Below are positions 1 through 12,284 of a stretch of DNA of 64,000 bases, in pieces. The stretch is from Antedon mediterranea. Taxonomy: Eukaryota > Animalia > Echinodermata. Location of the stretch: positions 10,641,888 through 10,705,887 of the forward strand of contig NC_092676.1 in the NCBI RefSeq assembly GCF_964355755.1, written 5' to 3'. Every line of letters begins with the position of its first letter. Position 1 is the first letter of the stretch. A program made the position numbers and the translations under genes. The notes beneath the pieces are model-generated. The model was not told the origin of the DNA and did no database searches. It saw only the letters and a program-made list of their open reading frames with translations.

Positions 1-194
1 AATTGCTAGTTAAATATATATGCAATCAAGCAGGTGCTTGTTGTTCAAATGTCTACACGTATTGACTCAATAACGTATCCGTCTAGCTAGAACTTTTACG
101 ATACACAAGCAGTGTACCGGTATGTCATTTCGGTAACAGATTTCCTATCAGTAAAACAAATTGCCTGAAAATGGTTATATTACATATCATAAAA

Positions 195-577
195 TACGTC
201 TTTACCACGTTGAAACACCGGTTCTCGTCAGATCACCGAAGTTAAGCAACGTCGGGCCTGGTAAGAGCTTGGATGGGAGACCATCTGGGAATATCGGGTG
301 CTGTATATGGAGCTGGGGTCCCGTTAGGCATTTGAAATCAGCACTGCTGACTCTTATGGCAGCCCCTGCATCTAGTATCTGCCCCAGACGTATTGGCTTA
401 TGCCTTTCCTCTGGTTAAGGTGGGCACTGGACGAGAGAAGTCCTTGATCAATGTTAGTACCGATCAAGGTGCTTTAGACAGTCCTGGCTTTGTTTTTATC
501 AAACCTGTTAGTGGCGGTAATTATCGCTGTTGGTTTCGATTGAATAAAATAAAAATAAATAAAATAAATAAATAAAG
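195..577 (+). mobile_element. 5S rRNA-derived SINE (SINE3-type) with central body and (AAAAT)n tail
   Basis: 195-305 is a diverged 5S rRNA copy (accacgttgaaacaccggttctcgtcagatcaccgaagttaagc...tgggaatatcgggtgctgta). It has no oligo-T terminator and runs into about 235 bp of body, then an A-rich tail at 543-577. The last ~45 bp plus tail recur inverted at 23178-23261. Confidence 0.85.
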
Positions 578-3500
578 ATGTGACATTTTTTCTTCATTTC
601 ACTTTTTAGAGGAACATTTTATAGGATTATCATCAGATAAGGGACATATAATTAGTGTCGTGTGCGATGCGTACGATATTACAATACACATTTATGTGTT
701 CCATTACAGTTTTTAAAATATTGTAAACACTTTCGGCCTACCACTTTTGTTTAAAAATTCTCAGTAATTAAACCTCGCAATTAAAAAATATATAATATCG
801 ACAGTGTCGACAGTGTACAACGTACAGAAGTGGGGTAAATATACGTTATCACTTTTAATCAGATATCGCAACATTTACCAGTATTATAGACTGATGAAAA
901 GTTGCGAACGCTAATAAGGAGATTGGAAGCATGTCGATTATCGTACGGTATCATGAGGGACAAGACATACTGCAGTTGCGTTTCTTGTATTGGCGGTATA
1001 GTATAGTACCTAATCATATAAATCTATAGTCAATTATACTATGAAAATACCCGATGATCAAGTTCGAACCAAGGATAGTTACATGGAAAGTTGAAGCACT
1101 GTCCTGGCTGATGTTCATAATGTTTTTGAAGAGGGTCAGGCTAATGTTTTGTATCTGGAGAGGCTACAGTATCGCATATTATGGGATAATATTGCATTCA
1201 GCTATATAGACGTTTATTTATTTATATATAAATGATACCGTTCGTGTATCGGGTGTGAATAGATGAAATGCATTCGCTGCTTCCTATAGAGTTGAGTGCA
1301 AATCATTATATGTTTATTCATTACATAAAAGGGATAGTCTTAAAACCGCATTGTAAACTGATATGAGTGGCTTCTCTAGCAAAATCGATTATGAAATAAT
1401 AACAAGGAGTAGCGATACAATGAATGTAACCAAATCTGCGCCACATAGTACGTATTTATGAATAGTCTAGGCCTACTATCTACAATCATACATATGCATG
1501 GGCTTTTGTATGATCGTAGAAAGCCACAAATGAAACAATGCCTGTTTATTTATTTATTATCCTGACTAATGTATTTGCAAATTATGTAACCTAGTTATCG
1601 ACTTTACAAAAATAGTCAAACAAATAGTTAAACATTACTCGCCATCTTGACTAAGATTTAGCTGCCAAAATGGCGTCTAATATACTCCACCTTTCTTCAA
1701 TTTGTTCGTTATGCAATCCATATACACGGGGTACCAAAATGACCGCAATGTACTGGAAACTAAAGCAAAACATTCTGAGGGTGCGGGGAAGGTATTGTAT
1801 TATAGCCTTGAAGGGTAGTAAACTACTGGAATAAGGTGGGGTTATGGTACATTATGATCTCTGGAGCGGATATTTCGTCTAGTAACATAAAGTTCACATG
1901 ATTATGTACATGACTACTTAACACTGATTAAGTCACATCTTAATTATAGCAATTTGAATTAAATATTTAAACATTTTCTTACCTTACACGCAATACCTCC
2001 TCTCGGTATCGTCTCATAAAACGAAATAAACGACACGCTTGATTTGTTTTTATAACAGTGCCTCGATCGTTTTATGTTAATGCGTTGCAACGCTGTTCAA
2101 ATATTATATTGATAATGAGAAAAAAGATAATAATATTCATATTCAAGAGATAAAAGATTATTACGCCTTGAAAATGGGAACTGGAAAAGTAATAAACATT
2201 CACTTTCGTGAACAAAATTGTTATTTCTATTGAATGTTGTTAGTTAAATTTTTACTTTTTTTCCCCAAGATATTATGTTATGAATGAATTAACCTGCGTA
2301 ATATTAATTTTATCAAATTGCTTATTATTTTTGATAAGGAAGATTGAATTAACTTAGGCGTATTTGATAATGTATAGGCTAATAATAATAACATACTATC
2401 ACAATAACATTTTAATTGAGATATTTAATTAGCAAATAAAGATTAGCTATGACCTACATTTTAAAGGCTTTCGATTGTATGTGAGATAATTCTAAAATAT
2501 TGATATTTCTGTTTTACACAAGATGAAGACGGAAAACAAAAAAAGAAAGACCAATTCATATCTCTATAATATATTAGGACTAATTTGGAACAGAATATTT
2601 CTAAAAATGTTGCTGTATTAAAAAAAAATGGGATGAACCCATTCTTCGTAGACATATTTACATTTAAACACCTGCTACTGCAAATGTATTATATCCAGCG
2701 TAGGCCAATCTCAGTAGATTAACCTACAGTATATTGCAATCCATTGTGTAAATGATCACCTTGGTATTTAATTATTGGTATGTTACGATCCATGAGATGT
2801 GGTATACGTTTTTTATATATATTTTAATGACAATGAAAATTGAAATATATAATATTCCAATTGATAATTTTATAATTTGTATTATGTTACAACCTTCGTT
2901 TCCGTTATTCATGTTTTATATATTATATATAATTTAAGACTTAAGAAAACTCTGTGTTTCATGAATAAAGCAGCTTATCCTCGACTTTCACAAAAATTAC
3001 TTTTAATTAAGAACAAAAAAATAACATTTCAGCTTACAACGTACGTCTTTTGCTGGAAAATTGTTTTCTTGTAATTAACACTGTGTGCATGCCTGTTAAA
3101 CGTTAGTACAATAAAACATACCATCATATGGATTTTATCTAGGTCTATAAATATTCATATTCTTAGATACATGAACGCTTAGACGGCAAGCCTATCATGC
3201 CGCTGATAATGTCGATAATGTTCAATTCAGATGCAAATCTTTAACTGTTTTTTGGAGTTTGACATTGCTCTATATTTATTCTGTAGCTTGTAATACTAGT
3301 AAAAGTCCAGTTTTATAGTATAAAACTGACTCCAAATAACGAAAGGCAAGCCATGATTCAACAGGAATTTGATTTTAAAAACAATTAATTTAATAGAATA
3401 TAAGTTGCCGCCATGCATGACGCGGAGTCTGTACACAATTAGAGAGATACGAACTGTAAACGACCTTTTCCAAATAAGGAAATAATACGATGGAAAATGA

Positions 3501-4152
3501 TTTGTGTATGCAGCAGGCATATTTCAGCAATGAAAACTGTATGTAACGTATATTATACATGATGTATTTACGATATTCAACAACGGTCGATGATGTTGTT
3601 GAAGATTTTGAATAAAAAATACACATATTAATTAAAGGTTATCATCGAAATAAAACCTAACTTATATTTATAACTGTATAAACAAGTATAAGAACAGATT
3701 GACTTACTGCAATGTCCCGTGCCAATGTCGACGAGTATCCTTACATCGGCATCGCCTCAATAATGAGCCTGCACGTTACGCTTGGCATGTTTTTTACACA
3801 CAGTGTGTGTCTTACGTATTCTGTGACCTGTCTACATCTATAATTACTATAATAATATTATAATAATTTATTCGGAAATTACACCTATACCTTTTAAACA
3901 ACGGCCCTCTTCGTGAAGAAAGGTTTTTCCATAGTGACTACATACTAACAGTGTGCTACATTTATTAGTAACCAATAAATAGTAGCATTTTAAACTTGGA
4001 CAAAATGACAATTGAAATATGACATTCAGTGCTAACAAAACGATAAAACATGATAACTTCATTCCTTCCTAAATTGATTATAATTTATTTTAAATTCTCA
4101 TTCTCATTAAAGAGGGATATCTAGTATAGATGTTAATGTTTGTGAGTACACC

Positions 4153-4428
4153 TGCCACGCCAAAATTGATCCGGCCAAAATCGGTCCGGCCGGATCGATT
4201 TTGGTCGCCAAAACTGGTCCGGTCGGATCGATTTTGGCGTTGAACAGCCGCTAAAACAGGTCCGGCTAGGCCAAAACTGGTCCGGCCTTTAAAATCGCTT
4301 ATTTATTTTTTTTAATTTGTTAAGAAGCCTGCAAACAGTTCAAATGGTTAAAGTAAACTATGCTTAAAGTAAATATACTAAATATTACCGTACAAACGAA
4401 AAGAAATTATCGAAACACTAATTAAAGA
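4153..4428 (+). repeat. Left terminal inverted repeat of Ginger-like element
   Basis: Reverse complement of 8392-8636, e.g. cagccgctaaaacaggtccggctaggccaaaactggtccggcc vs ggccggaccagttttggcctagccggacctgttttagcggctg. Confidence 0.9.
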
Positions 4429-5642
4429 AACTCTAATCGGATTTTGGGATATTCTATTGTTCAGTTCGTTTAAAACTAATTAGCGCCCTCTAGTAATTTT
4501 ATATTATGTCTTAGATCTTAGATCATAATATTATGTACAAACTGAATACGTCTTGGGCGTATTCAATAATGATTAATAATAAAATATAGAATGTTAATTA
4601 TTATTAGTATTATTATTTTAGGTTGTTGTCATTACTGCTATCAGTATCTTTTTTTTGTGCCTTTGTAAGAAATTACACCCGCCTTATTTTTTTTCCAGTC
4701 CACATTTTGGGGTGCAAGTGGCCACCAAGGGCCTCTCTATTAATAGTATAAAACAATAACGATAATAATAATCGATATGGGTAGCAATACTAACATTAAT
4801 AAAGATCAAAAATCGACAAACGACACCACAGTGGAACGACCGGTTCCCACATTCACGAATTTAGCTGTACGACGAACACGAGTTTTGTAATAGTCTTAGC
4901 GAAAAAAAAGAAGGTAAAAACATTATTTAGTACAGAGATTTTTTTTATCACCCCAAATTATGGACTTTTAAGAATTCAATTACTTATTACGCTCTAATAA
5001 TATCACTGGTTGGTGTACGCGTGGGTTGCGTCATCATTTTATAGTGCCGTAATCAAGTTTTAGCGAAAAATAAGAGGGTTAAATTTGCCATTTTCTCAAA
5101 ATTATCCAAAATATGAACTTTTCAATTATTTCGCTCTAATATCATTATTTAGGCCTACTGGTAATATTTGTAATTTAAAAAAAAATCTTTACACCGCAAT
5201 CCAGGACCGCAACTGAAAAAAGCTGTGGCACATCTAACGTGGATGGGATGGATGCGACCGACTAAGTCTATAGGATACACCCATTGTCGCTCAACTCAAA
5301 ATGTTATAACGTAGAGCTGAACGTAGGCTACAATACAATGAATTATTTGACTAGCCTGTAGGTTTATTTCAATCTTGCAAAAAACCATTCATATATTTAA
5401 TTCAAAATGTATGAGTCATAAATAGGCCTACTGTATTTGATTAATAACAATGTAATAATATTATTACCTGTATTATGTTTTATATTTTTATACAGTAAAT
5501 ACTGTAATTTAAAACAATAAAATTCACTATACATCAACTAAGGTAAACATATTAAAAAATGGTACGCTTAACCAGGGCCTTGCGTGCGAAATCACGCATT
5601 AACATTTTAAAATTCTTAAAATTACGTTTTGATCAATTTTAG

Positions 5643-5945
5643 AACATGATTTAGGCCATTTGCGTGTTTCAAAAATACTGCGCAAAAAAACAAAGAAACG
5701 GCCCAGAAAAGACAGAAAATCAATTATGACAGAAGGCATGCACAACCAACTGAATTCGAATGCGGAACATTATGTATTGATGAAAGATCTGCGAAGGAAA
5801 AAAAGGAAGGGAGGAAAACTGGAAAATAAATGGTTAGGTCCATACAAAATTACTTCAAAACTGGGAAGGGATCATATTCTCTGATAGGGCTAGATGACGA
5901 CAGTGTTACCAAACGTGTTAACGGGATACTTCTGAAGCCATATAT
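5643..5945 (+). pseudogene. Gypsy-type integrase/transposase C-terminal GPY/F module, frameshifted
   Basis: Joining frames gives AQKRQKINYDRRH...VLMKDLRRKKRKGGKLENKWLGPYKITSKLG.GSYSL...KRVNGILLKPY. Confidence 0.8.
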
Positions 5946-6334
5946 CTTTCCACCAACCTCTTCATCAAAACATGATTGTCCCAACACTCAAACGTCCGGC
6001 AGTACTTCACCATCCGTTCGCCACTAATCGTCAATGGAAGCAACCTGCCTTTTAAATTGTCAAATAATCTGCCCGAAAAAGCTGCAAATGAATCAATGGA
6101 ACACCACAATGCTGAGAAATACAATGCTCAAAACGTTAGACAGGACAAGCATCTTGATCAACAATTAGATGATGTGATATTCTGTGGTTCTTACGAGGCT
6201 AGTTCATCGCTAGATGCACATTGGCAAGCATAAAAATCATTTTTGTTTGGAATCGACGTTAAAATATCGTACAAGACGTGAATACAAATCAAAGAGAAAT
6301 GAACAAGGCAGCAAAACCCACGAAAACAGCCAGG

Positions 6335-6706
6335 ATGCGCGGAGACGGGACCTGCCTCAGCTTTAGAGCGCTTAGTTACGTTCTTGTTGGTGTCTAAAGT
6401 CACCATGATTGTGAGGGACCATATGAGTTTATGTCCAAAACAGACGTATCTTTGAAAACTGCGACAGCAAATCATTCGAAAAATACACAAGTGATACAGC
6501 TATGTCTAAGGATGGAACATGGGGCTCCGAGTTGGAAATTTAAGCATTTGCAACAATGACGAAAACCATTGTCTACAAATATGGCACAAGAAAGAATCAA
6601 CCACATTTTCAATGGCTGGGAGTATTGCCCATTAACAAATAGTGATGCTGAAATTTCGGAAAGAAATGTGTATCTTTCAAATGTTTGTGCTCATGTTGAG
6701 CCAGTT
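6335..6706 (+). pseudogene. OTU-family cysteine protease (deubiquitinase-like) domain remnant
   Basis: MRGDGTCLSFRALSYVLVG (6335-6391, Cys-loop), GTWGSELEI*AFA (from 6514) and VYLSNVCAHVEPV (His-loop, ending 6706), interrupted by stops and frameshifts. Confidence 0.75.
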
Positions 6707-8391
6707 TTGGACGTTGAAAAACAAGAGGAGGGGTTACTTGACACATCGGAGCGAAAGTACATCCGCAGACCATACCATCTCGCCCGCAAATATTGGGACT
6801 ACATCACCGAAGAAACCTTAAACGCTGCTCTTGTGGACAATTACGCAGATGAAGCTACACTGCGAGCTTTGGATTTACATGCTGTCATTTTTGTAAGCGA
6901 ATTTACCGAAAATCGGTATGATGTACAACATTGTGAAATTGAGCCAAATATCTTCAACTTGTGCGAAATTTTTTAGAGAAAACAACTTTAATACCTTCCC
7001 TCATTAAAAGGACGTGCTATAACACACAAATCTGTTTTTTTTTCAAATAAAAAATAATATAAGTTTTGGGTATGATGCGTCTCACATGCACACAGAGCCA
7101 AGATATAAGGAGCTTGGACTTGTACCTTACGGTTTTCATTTATATTATCATCCCATGCTGTTATTCTAATATCTTGTTTCTTTCTATTTCATTCTTCTAC
7201 TACGATCACTTCATATTTTTATGTCTTGGTGAAAAGAGAGGCTCCGGCCTCCCCTGGGTTTATAGCCTCTCTACCCAAACAACGGCACACATGGTAAATT
7301 CATTTTTTTTCTATTAATGTTTGTATATAAATGCGACGTATTACTATTTTATCGTATAAATGATATACAAAATATACGTACTTTATGCAGTTACACAAAG
7401 TATACTGTTTATAATATGTAATTTTGCATTATCATGTAGATTATTATAGGCCTACTGTACTTTCTACACGAAATAGATGGCGCATTAGTATTGGCGAAAC
7501 TTAATCATATTAACGACACAATCTATAGCTATTTTTAAATGCGAAATAATTTAAAAAAAAACTTAAAGTTTTAGGAGGGACATTTGTTGATGTATTGATG
7601 ATTTATTGTCCCCTGAAAAATGATAATGTTCCATAATAGTTATTCACTTTGACCAAAAATGGATAAAAACAATTTTGTTTTCCTGCAAAAACTGTACCAA
7701 CAGCCAATGGGGTTTTGGTTTAATATAACCGTTTGTTTTTTTCTTTTATAAATATAAGTGAAAACATTTTAAGTTCTTTTTGTTTTGGCGGAAAGGCAGG
7801 CCAAGTAGTCCTCATCAATTAAAAAAAACAACAAAAGTGTTCTTTTATATCATGCTATTCTAAATTCGTGTCAAATTAATTTACTATTGTATCGGCTGAA
7901 ACCATGAGTATTTATGAAATCTAAATTTCGTAATATGTATGCAGACAAAGAATAACTAAAATATAATTCCTCACTTTGAAGAATAAATAGGTGATCATTT
8001 TATAATTTTACTGACATTTCATTTTAAAACAGATACAGTACGTTAAAATACGATCGCAAAACGTTGATGTTGAACCCACTTTTTTAAACCCTTCAGTTCA
8101 AGTTAAAGTTATACAATATTATTAAAAACAAATTCTAAACCGCCCGGTAATATACTGAAAATGTATTAATTTGAAACGATAAAATGAGGAAATATGTGAG
8201 AATATATAATCAGACCTTATTTAATCAAAATATATGAATACAATAAATGAAAAGTCCTTTTTGACTATGCTAACACCCACCCCCCACCTCAAAAAAAAAA
8301 AAATCAGAGGGGGATATTACTTTATCCTACGAATTTTACAATGGAATATTTGAAGATTCCAAACCGAGCGCCGATTTAATCTTGCACATTT

Positions 8392-8636
8392 TTAATCTCT
8401 CTGTTTCGATAATTTCTTCTCGATTTTACGGTAATATTTAGTATATTTACTCAAAGCATAGTTTACTTCAACCATTTGGACTTTTTCCAGGCTTCTTATG
8501 ACATTTTTAAGGATAAATAAGCGATTTTGAAGGCCGGACCAGTTTTGGCCTAGCCGGACCTGTTTTAGCGGCTGTTTCAACGCCAAAATCGATCCGACCG
8601 GACCAGTTTTGGCCCCGGACCAAATTTTGCGTTACA
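8392..8636 (-). repeat. Right terminal inverted repeat of Ginger-like element
   Basis: Inverted match to 4153-4428, ending in ACA. Confidence 0.9.
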
Positions 8637-8831
8637 AGCCTTCTAGTTAATCATTCAGCAAGGTCATACAGAATGATCTATAATAGAATGTTATGCAATG
8701 TTTGCGTTTAATAAACTTTAGCTAAACAGGATTATTTACTATTTTGTTTTACTATTGTACATATTGCCTAAAGAACGCACAGTTTTATTTGTACACGTTC
8801 TGATCTTCATAGTAAATATATATTATTTATA

Positions 8832-10680
8832 AATTCAATTTCAATTCATCGACATTTTTATTCCATAATCAAAATAAAAACATATACAAATACAATACAA
8901 ATAATAAGATAATGGAATGGGATACAAAATAAGCACAAGTGCTTTAAGCATGTAACCCTAACAAAAAGATCAAACAATTAGTACAAACAAAAAGAACAAA
9001 CCAAAATAACATAATGTGATTTACCTAACTTAAATATTTCTATTGTTATAATATTGCTTTAATCTCTGTTTAAACAAACTTAAAGTGGGGGATTGTTTTA
9101 TATAGTCTGTTAAATTGTTACAAATATGTGTTCCTTGGTAGGAAATACATTGCTGTCCGACTTTGGTGCGTTTTAGTTGTGGACAGTAGTTTGACCTGTT
9201 TCTAGTTGAGTAATTATGGAATGAGGCAGATGTACTGAATAAGTTATTAAATGATTCAGGTAATAGATTATGTTTATATTGATACATAAATATAGCAGTG
9301 TGTTTCGTATAAAGGTCAAAAATATTTAATGTTTGGGTTGAAATAAAAAGTGGATGAGAAGGATGCATAAAATGAACATGACAAATATTTCTAAGTGCTT
9401 TTTTCTGGAGAATATGTATACGGTTTAAGTTTGTAGCAGAAGTAGCACCCCATACTGTGATAGCATACGTTATTCTAGGTAATATAAGTGCATTGTATAC
9501 CGTTAACAAGATTTTACTTGATAACATAGACTTCACTTTGTTTAAGACACCAATTATTCTAGAAATACTGTTTGCTACCTCATTTACATGAAAATTAAAC
9601 GATAAAGTTTCATCCAGAAATAAGCCTAGAAATTTAACTTCAGTAGCTTTTACTATACATTCATTTCCCATCCTCAATTCTAGTGAGGTAGTGTCAGCTG
9701 ACTTATTTCTAGCCTTAAATATAACATATTTTGATTTGTTTACATTTAGCGTTAATTTGTTAGCAATAAACCAGTCCGAAAGTATAGATAACTCCTGGTT
9801 CATTGTATCAAAAGCTTGAGTAATATCATTGTGACTATAAAACACATTTGTGTCATCTGCATACATAATCATGTCTACATGGTTACATGCTAGACTAATA
9901 TCATTAATGAATATAAGAAATAATAATGGACCCAATATGGATCCCTGAGGAACTCCAGTGTTTACTGTCATTTTACTAGATGCAGTATTAACAATAAATG
10001 TGTATTGTAGTCTTTTTTTAAGATAGTTTGAGAACTAGTTTAGCGGAACTCCTCTTATACCATAAAATCTTAACTTATCTAATAATATATCATGATCGAT
10101 TGTATCAAACGCTTTTGATAAATCAAGGAAAACTCCTAATGTGAACTCTTTATTCTCAATAGCGTTTGTGATTTTTTCAATCGATTGTATTAAAGCATGA
10201 CTAGTTGAATGGTGTTGTCTAAATCCATACTGTGTTTTACTCAGTACGTTATATTTTGAGAGGTAACAAATCGTTTGATCATACACAATCCTCTCAAATA
10301 TTTTGGAAAAAAGGGGTAAAATGGAAATAGGCCGATAATTATTTATATCGGAGATGTCACCATTCTTAAATACCGGGATAACTTTAGCAATTTTTATATC
10401 AGCCGGGACACAGCCCGATGATAATGACGTATTAATAATATGCAATAAAGGTTTTAAAATAAACGGGGAAGCAGATTTTATGAGTTGGGCACTTATATCA
10501 TCATGGCCAGGAGAAGTATTCTTTGTGTTTTTAATATAGTGGTTAAGTTCATGTTCAGTAACAGGCTTAAAAAACATTGAAGAGGTAAAATTTCCCTTTA
10601 AGAAAGTTCTGTGGGTGATTTCTTCATTTTGAGATTCATGCCTAAATTTATTATTTAGTTTTTCTCCAATATTAATAAAA
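8832..10680 (-). mobile_element. 5'-truncated CR1/L2-group non-LTR retrotransposon (RT domain)
   Basis: ORFs 10035-10577 and 9030-9971 are in one frame separated by a single TAG. Motifs [39 protein letters not shown]. 3' tail (TTGAA)n near 8832-8847. Confidence 0.92.
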
Positions 10681-11619
10681 ATTAGAAGGGTCAGGTAAAT
10701 TTTGTATTATAATAATGTTATTCATTATAATCCAATCTTTATTTTATAGTGGAGGCTCGTTCACAAACAAAATCTGTTATTCCATAAATGAATACAATAT
10801 AAAACAATCCTAATTTCTAAAAAAAAAAGAAGAATATTAGAGTAGGAAATAATTATACATAAATCATTAAGGATATATTGTCTTCTTTAGTCATGTTGTA
10901 CATTACGAGTTTTCTATTTGCCTCTGTAGTCGAATAATATACTTTATTTTTACTGACTATTTGTTGCTCTCCTAATTTGAAGCACTTGTTTTAGTTTATT
11001 ATCAAGTTTTTTTTTATTTGTATGTGCCCCACATTACATTACAGATAATAGGTACTTTAATAAAATAAAGCTTGATGTCATACGTTAAAATAAGTTCTTT
11101 CGCGGTAAAAAATGAAAATAAATACGATACGGATAGTATTTATTGTCATTTAAACAACATGGTTACATTTGAATTAGATTTTTTTTAAAGTCAACATGCA
11201 AAATAGACATAGACAATTTAATTATAAAGCATCTTAACCAGTGATTCTAAAGTGATCTTTTAAACTTAATAGGGACTTTTCGATCCACCGAAACAATCGA
11301 ATATCCCATGCAATGCGTATGCCCACCCTTCGAAAACAAATTGAAATGCACATGGGTGTTGTAATGATATTGTAAGCCTGAACACAACTGTAATGTGTAC
11401 AGCGCCCCCACACCGCACAATTCGTGCACACGGTTTTGACAGCCATCTTGATTCTGGAGTTTCTGCATTAAAAGTTATAAAAGTTTACACAGTAGTCTAT
11501 TGCGTTATTATAGTCATTATTCCCACAAGTCATAACATTACATGGTGTTTGTTAAACTTTTCTTAAACCTTAGTCTAATTTATTTATTAATTCGAATGAA
11601 TACACTGAAAACTTATGTA

Positions 11620-12050
11620 CAATTAACCAGATATATATTTAAAATTCCTGCCTGTATCTGAGCTTTAACATTATAATTCAAAATCAAATTGAATAATAAC
11701 ATAAATTATTACAAGCCATTCCACAAGAATGGAAAGATAGTATTAACTTAAAAAATGAAAACACCTGGTACAAAATTATGTAATACAATGAGTAAGCAAA
11801 TGTATAACTATTTCGTTAAGTAGAAAGGTTGGAAACCAACATTTCTAATAAAATGGCAATCATACTTTAATACTAAAATTGATTGTAAATTAACCCGGGG
11901 AAAGTAAATTAATTAGAGAAATTAAACTCAAACGAATGCAATAATACGTTAAGTTATTACATAGGATAATTCCAACAAGAAATGGGTTATGTATATGGAT
12001 ATGGAAAACATAAACACATGTTCACATTGCGACTGTGTTGATTGTTTTTA
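11620..12050 (+). mobile_element. Highly decayed L1/Tx1-like ORF2 C-terminal fragment
   Basis: Scattered remnants KLLQAIPQEWKD, IREIKLK..KLLHRIIPT and CSHC resemble the C-terminal zinc-binding region of L1/Tx1 ORF2. Lies just downstream of the SLC22 stop codon, antisense to it. Confidence 0.5.
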
Positions 12051-12284
12051 GCAGTAGTAAAATATAATGAATTTGAAAAGTTCTATTTTATTACATTGAA
12101 GACAAACAAATAATTTCGACATTTGTTTCAAGATTGAAGCAGGCATTGATAGAAAGGTTTCTGTTAAATTTTTCAAACTTAACTTAACATAAATTATTTA
12201 AAATTACATAAAACGGCGGTCTGTTCATGGTTCATCCATGATACATTTGTGTAACAACGTTGAGTTTACTTATCAAGCCTGAAT

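Larger units (their letters stand above)
4153..8636 (+). mobile_element. Decayed, internally deleted Ginger-like DNA transposon (Gypsy-type integrase C-terminus plus OTU domain)
   Basis: Imperfect TIRs of about 250-270 bp (4153-4428, 8392-8636) with internal ggtccgg repeats. Right end ...GTTACA, left end TGCCACG (TGT..ACA-type termini). Remnants of the integrase GPY/F module and an OTU protease lie inside. No clean TSD (cacc vs agcc). Confidence 0.75.

Noticed and set aside
195-305. Functional 5S rRNA gene
   Set aside because: Diverged ends, several substitutions, no terminator, and continuous with a SINE body and tail.
860-3800. 5' exons of another minus-strand gene (donor-like sites near 878, 1982 and 3707)
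   Set aside because: Could not assemble a phase-consistent or recognisable reading frame; left uncalled.
9030-10577. Programmed stop readthrough in the LINE RT
   Set aside because: A single TGG-to-TAG change in a 5'-truncated copy is the simpler explanation.
11225-11470. Small ORFs 11234-11446 and 11247-11468 as genes
   Set aside because: No recognisable motif, and the end of the segment recurs near 41745-41785, suggesting a dispersed repeat.
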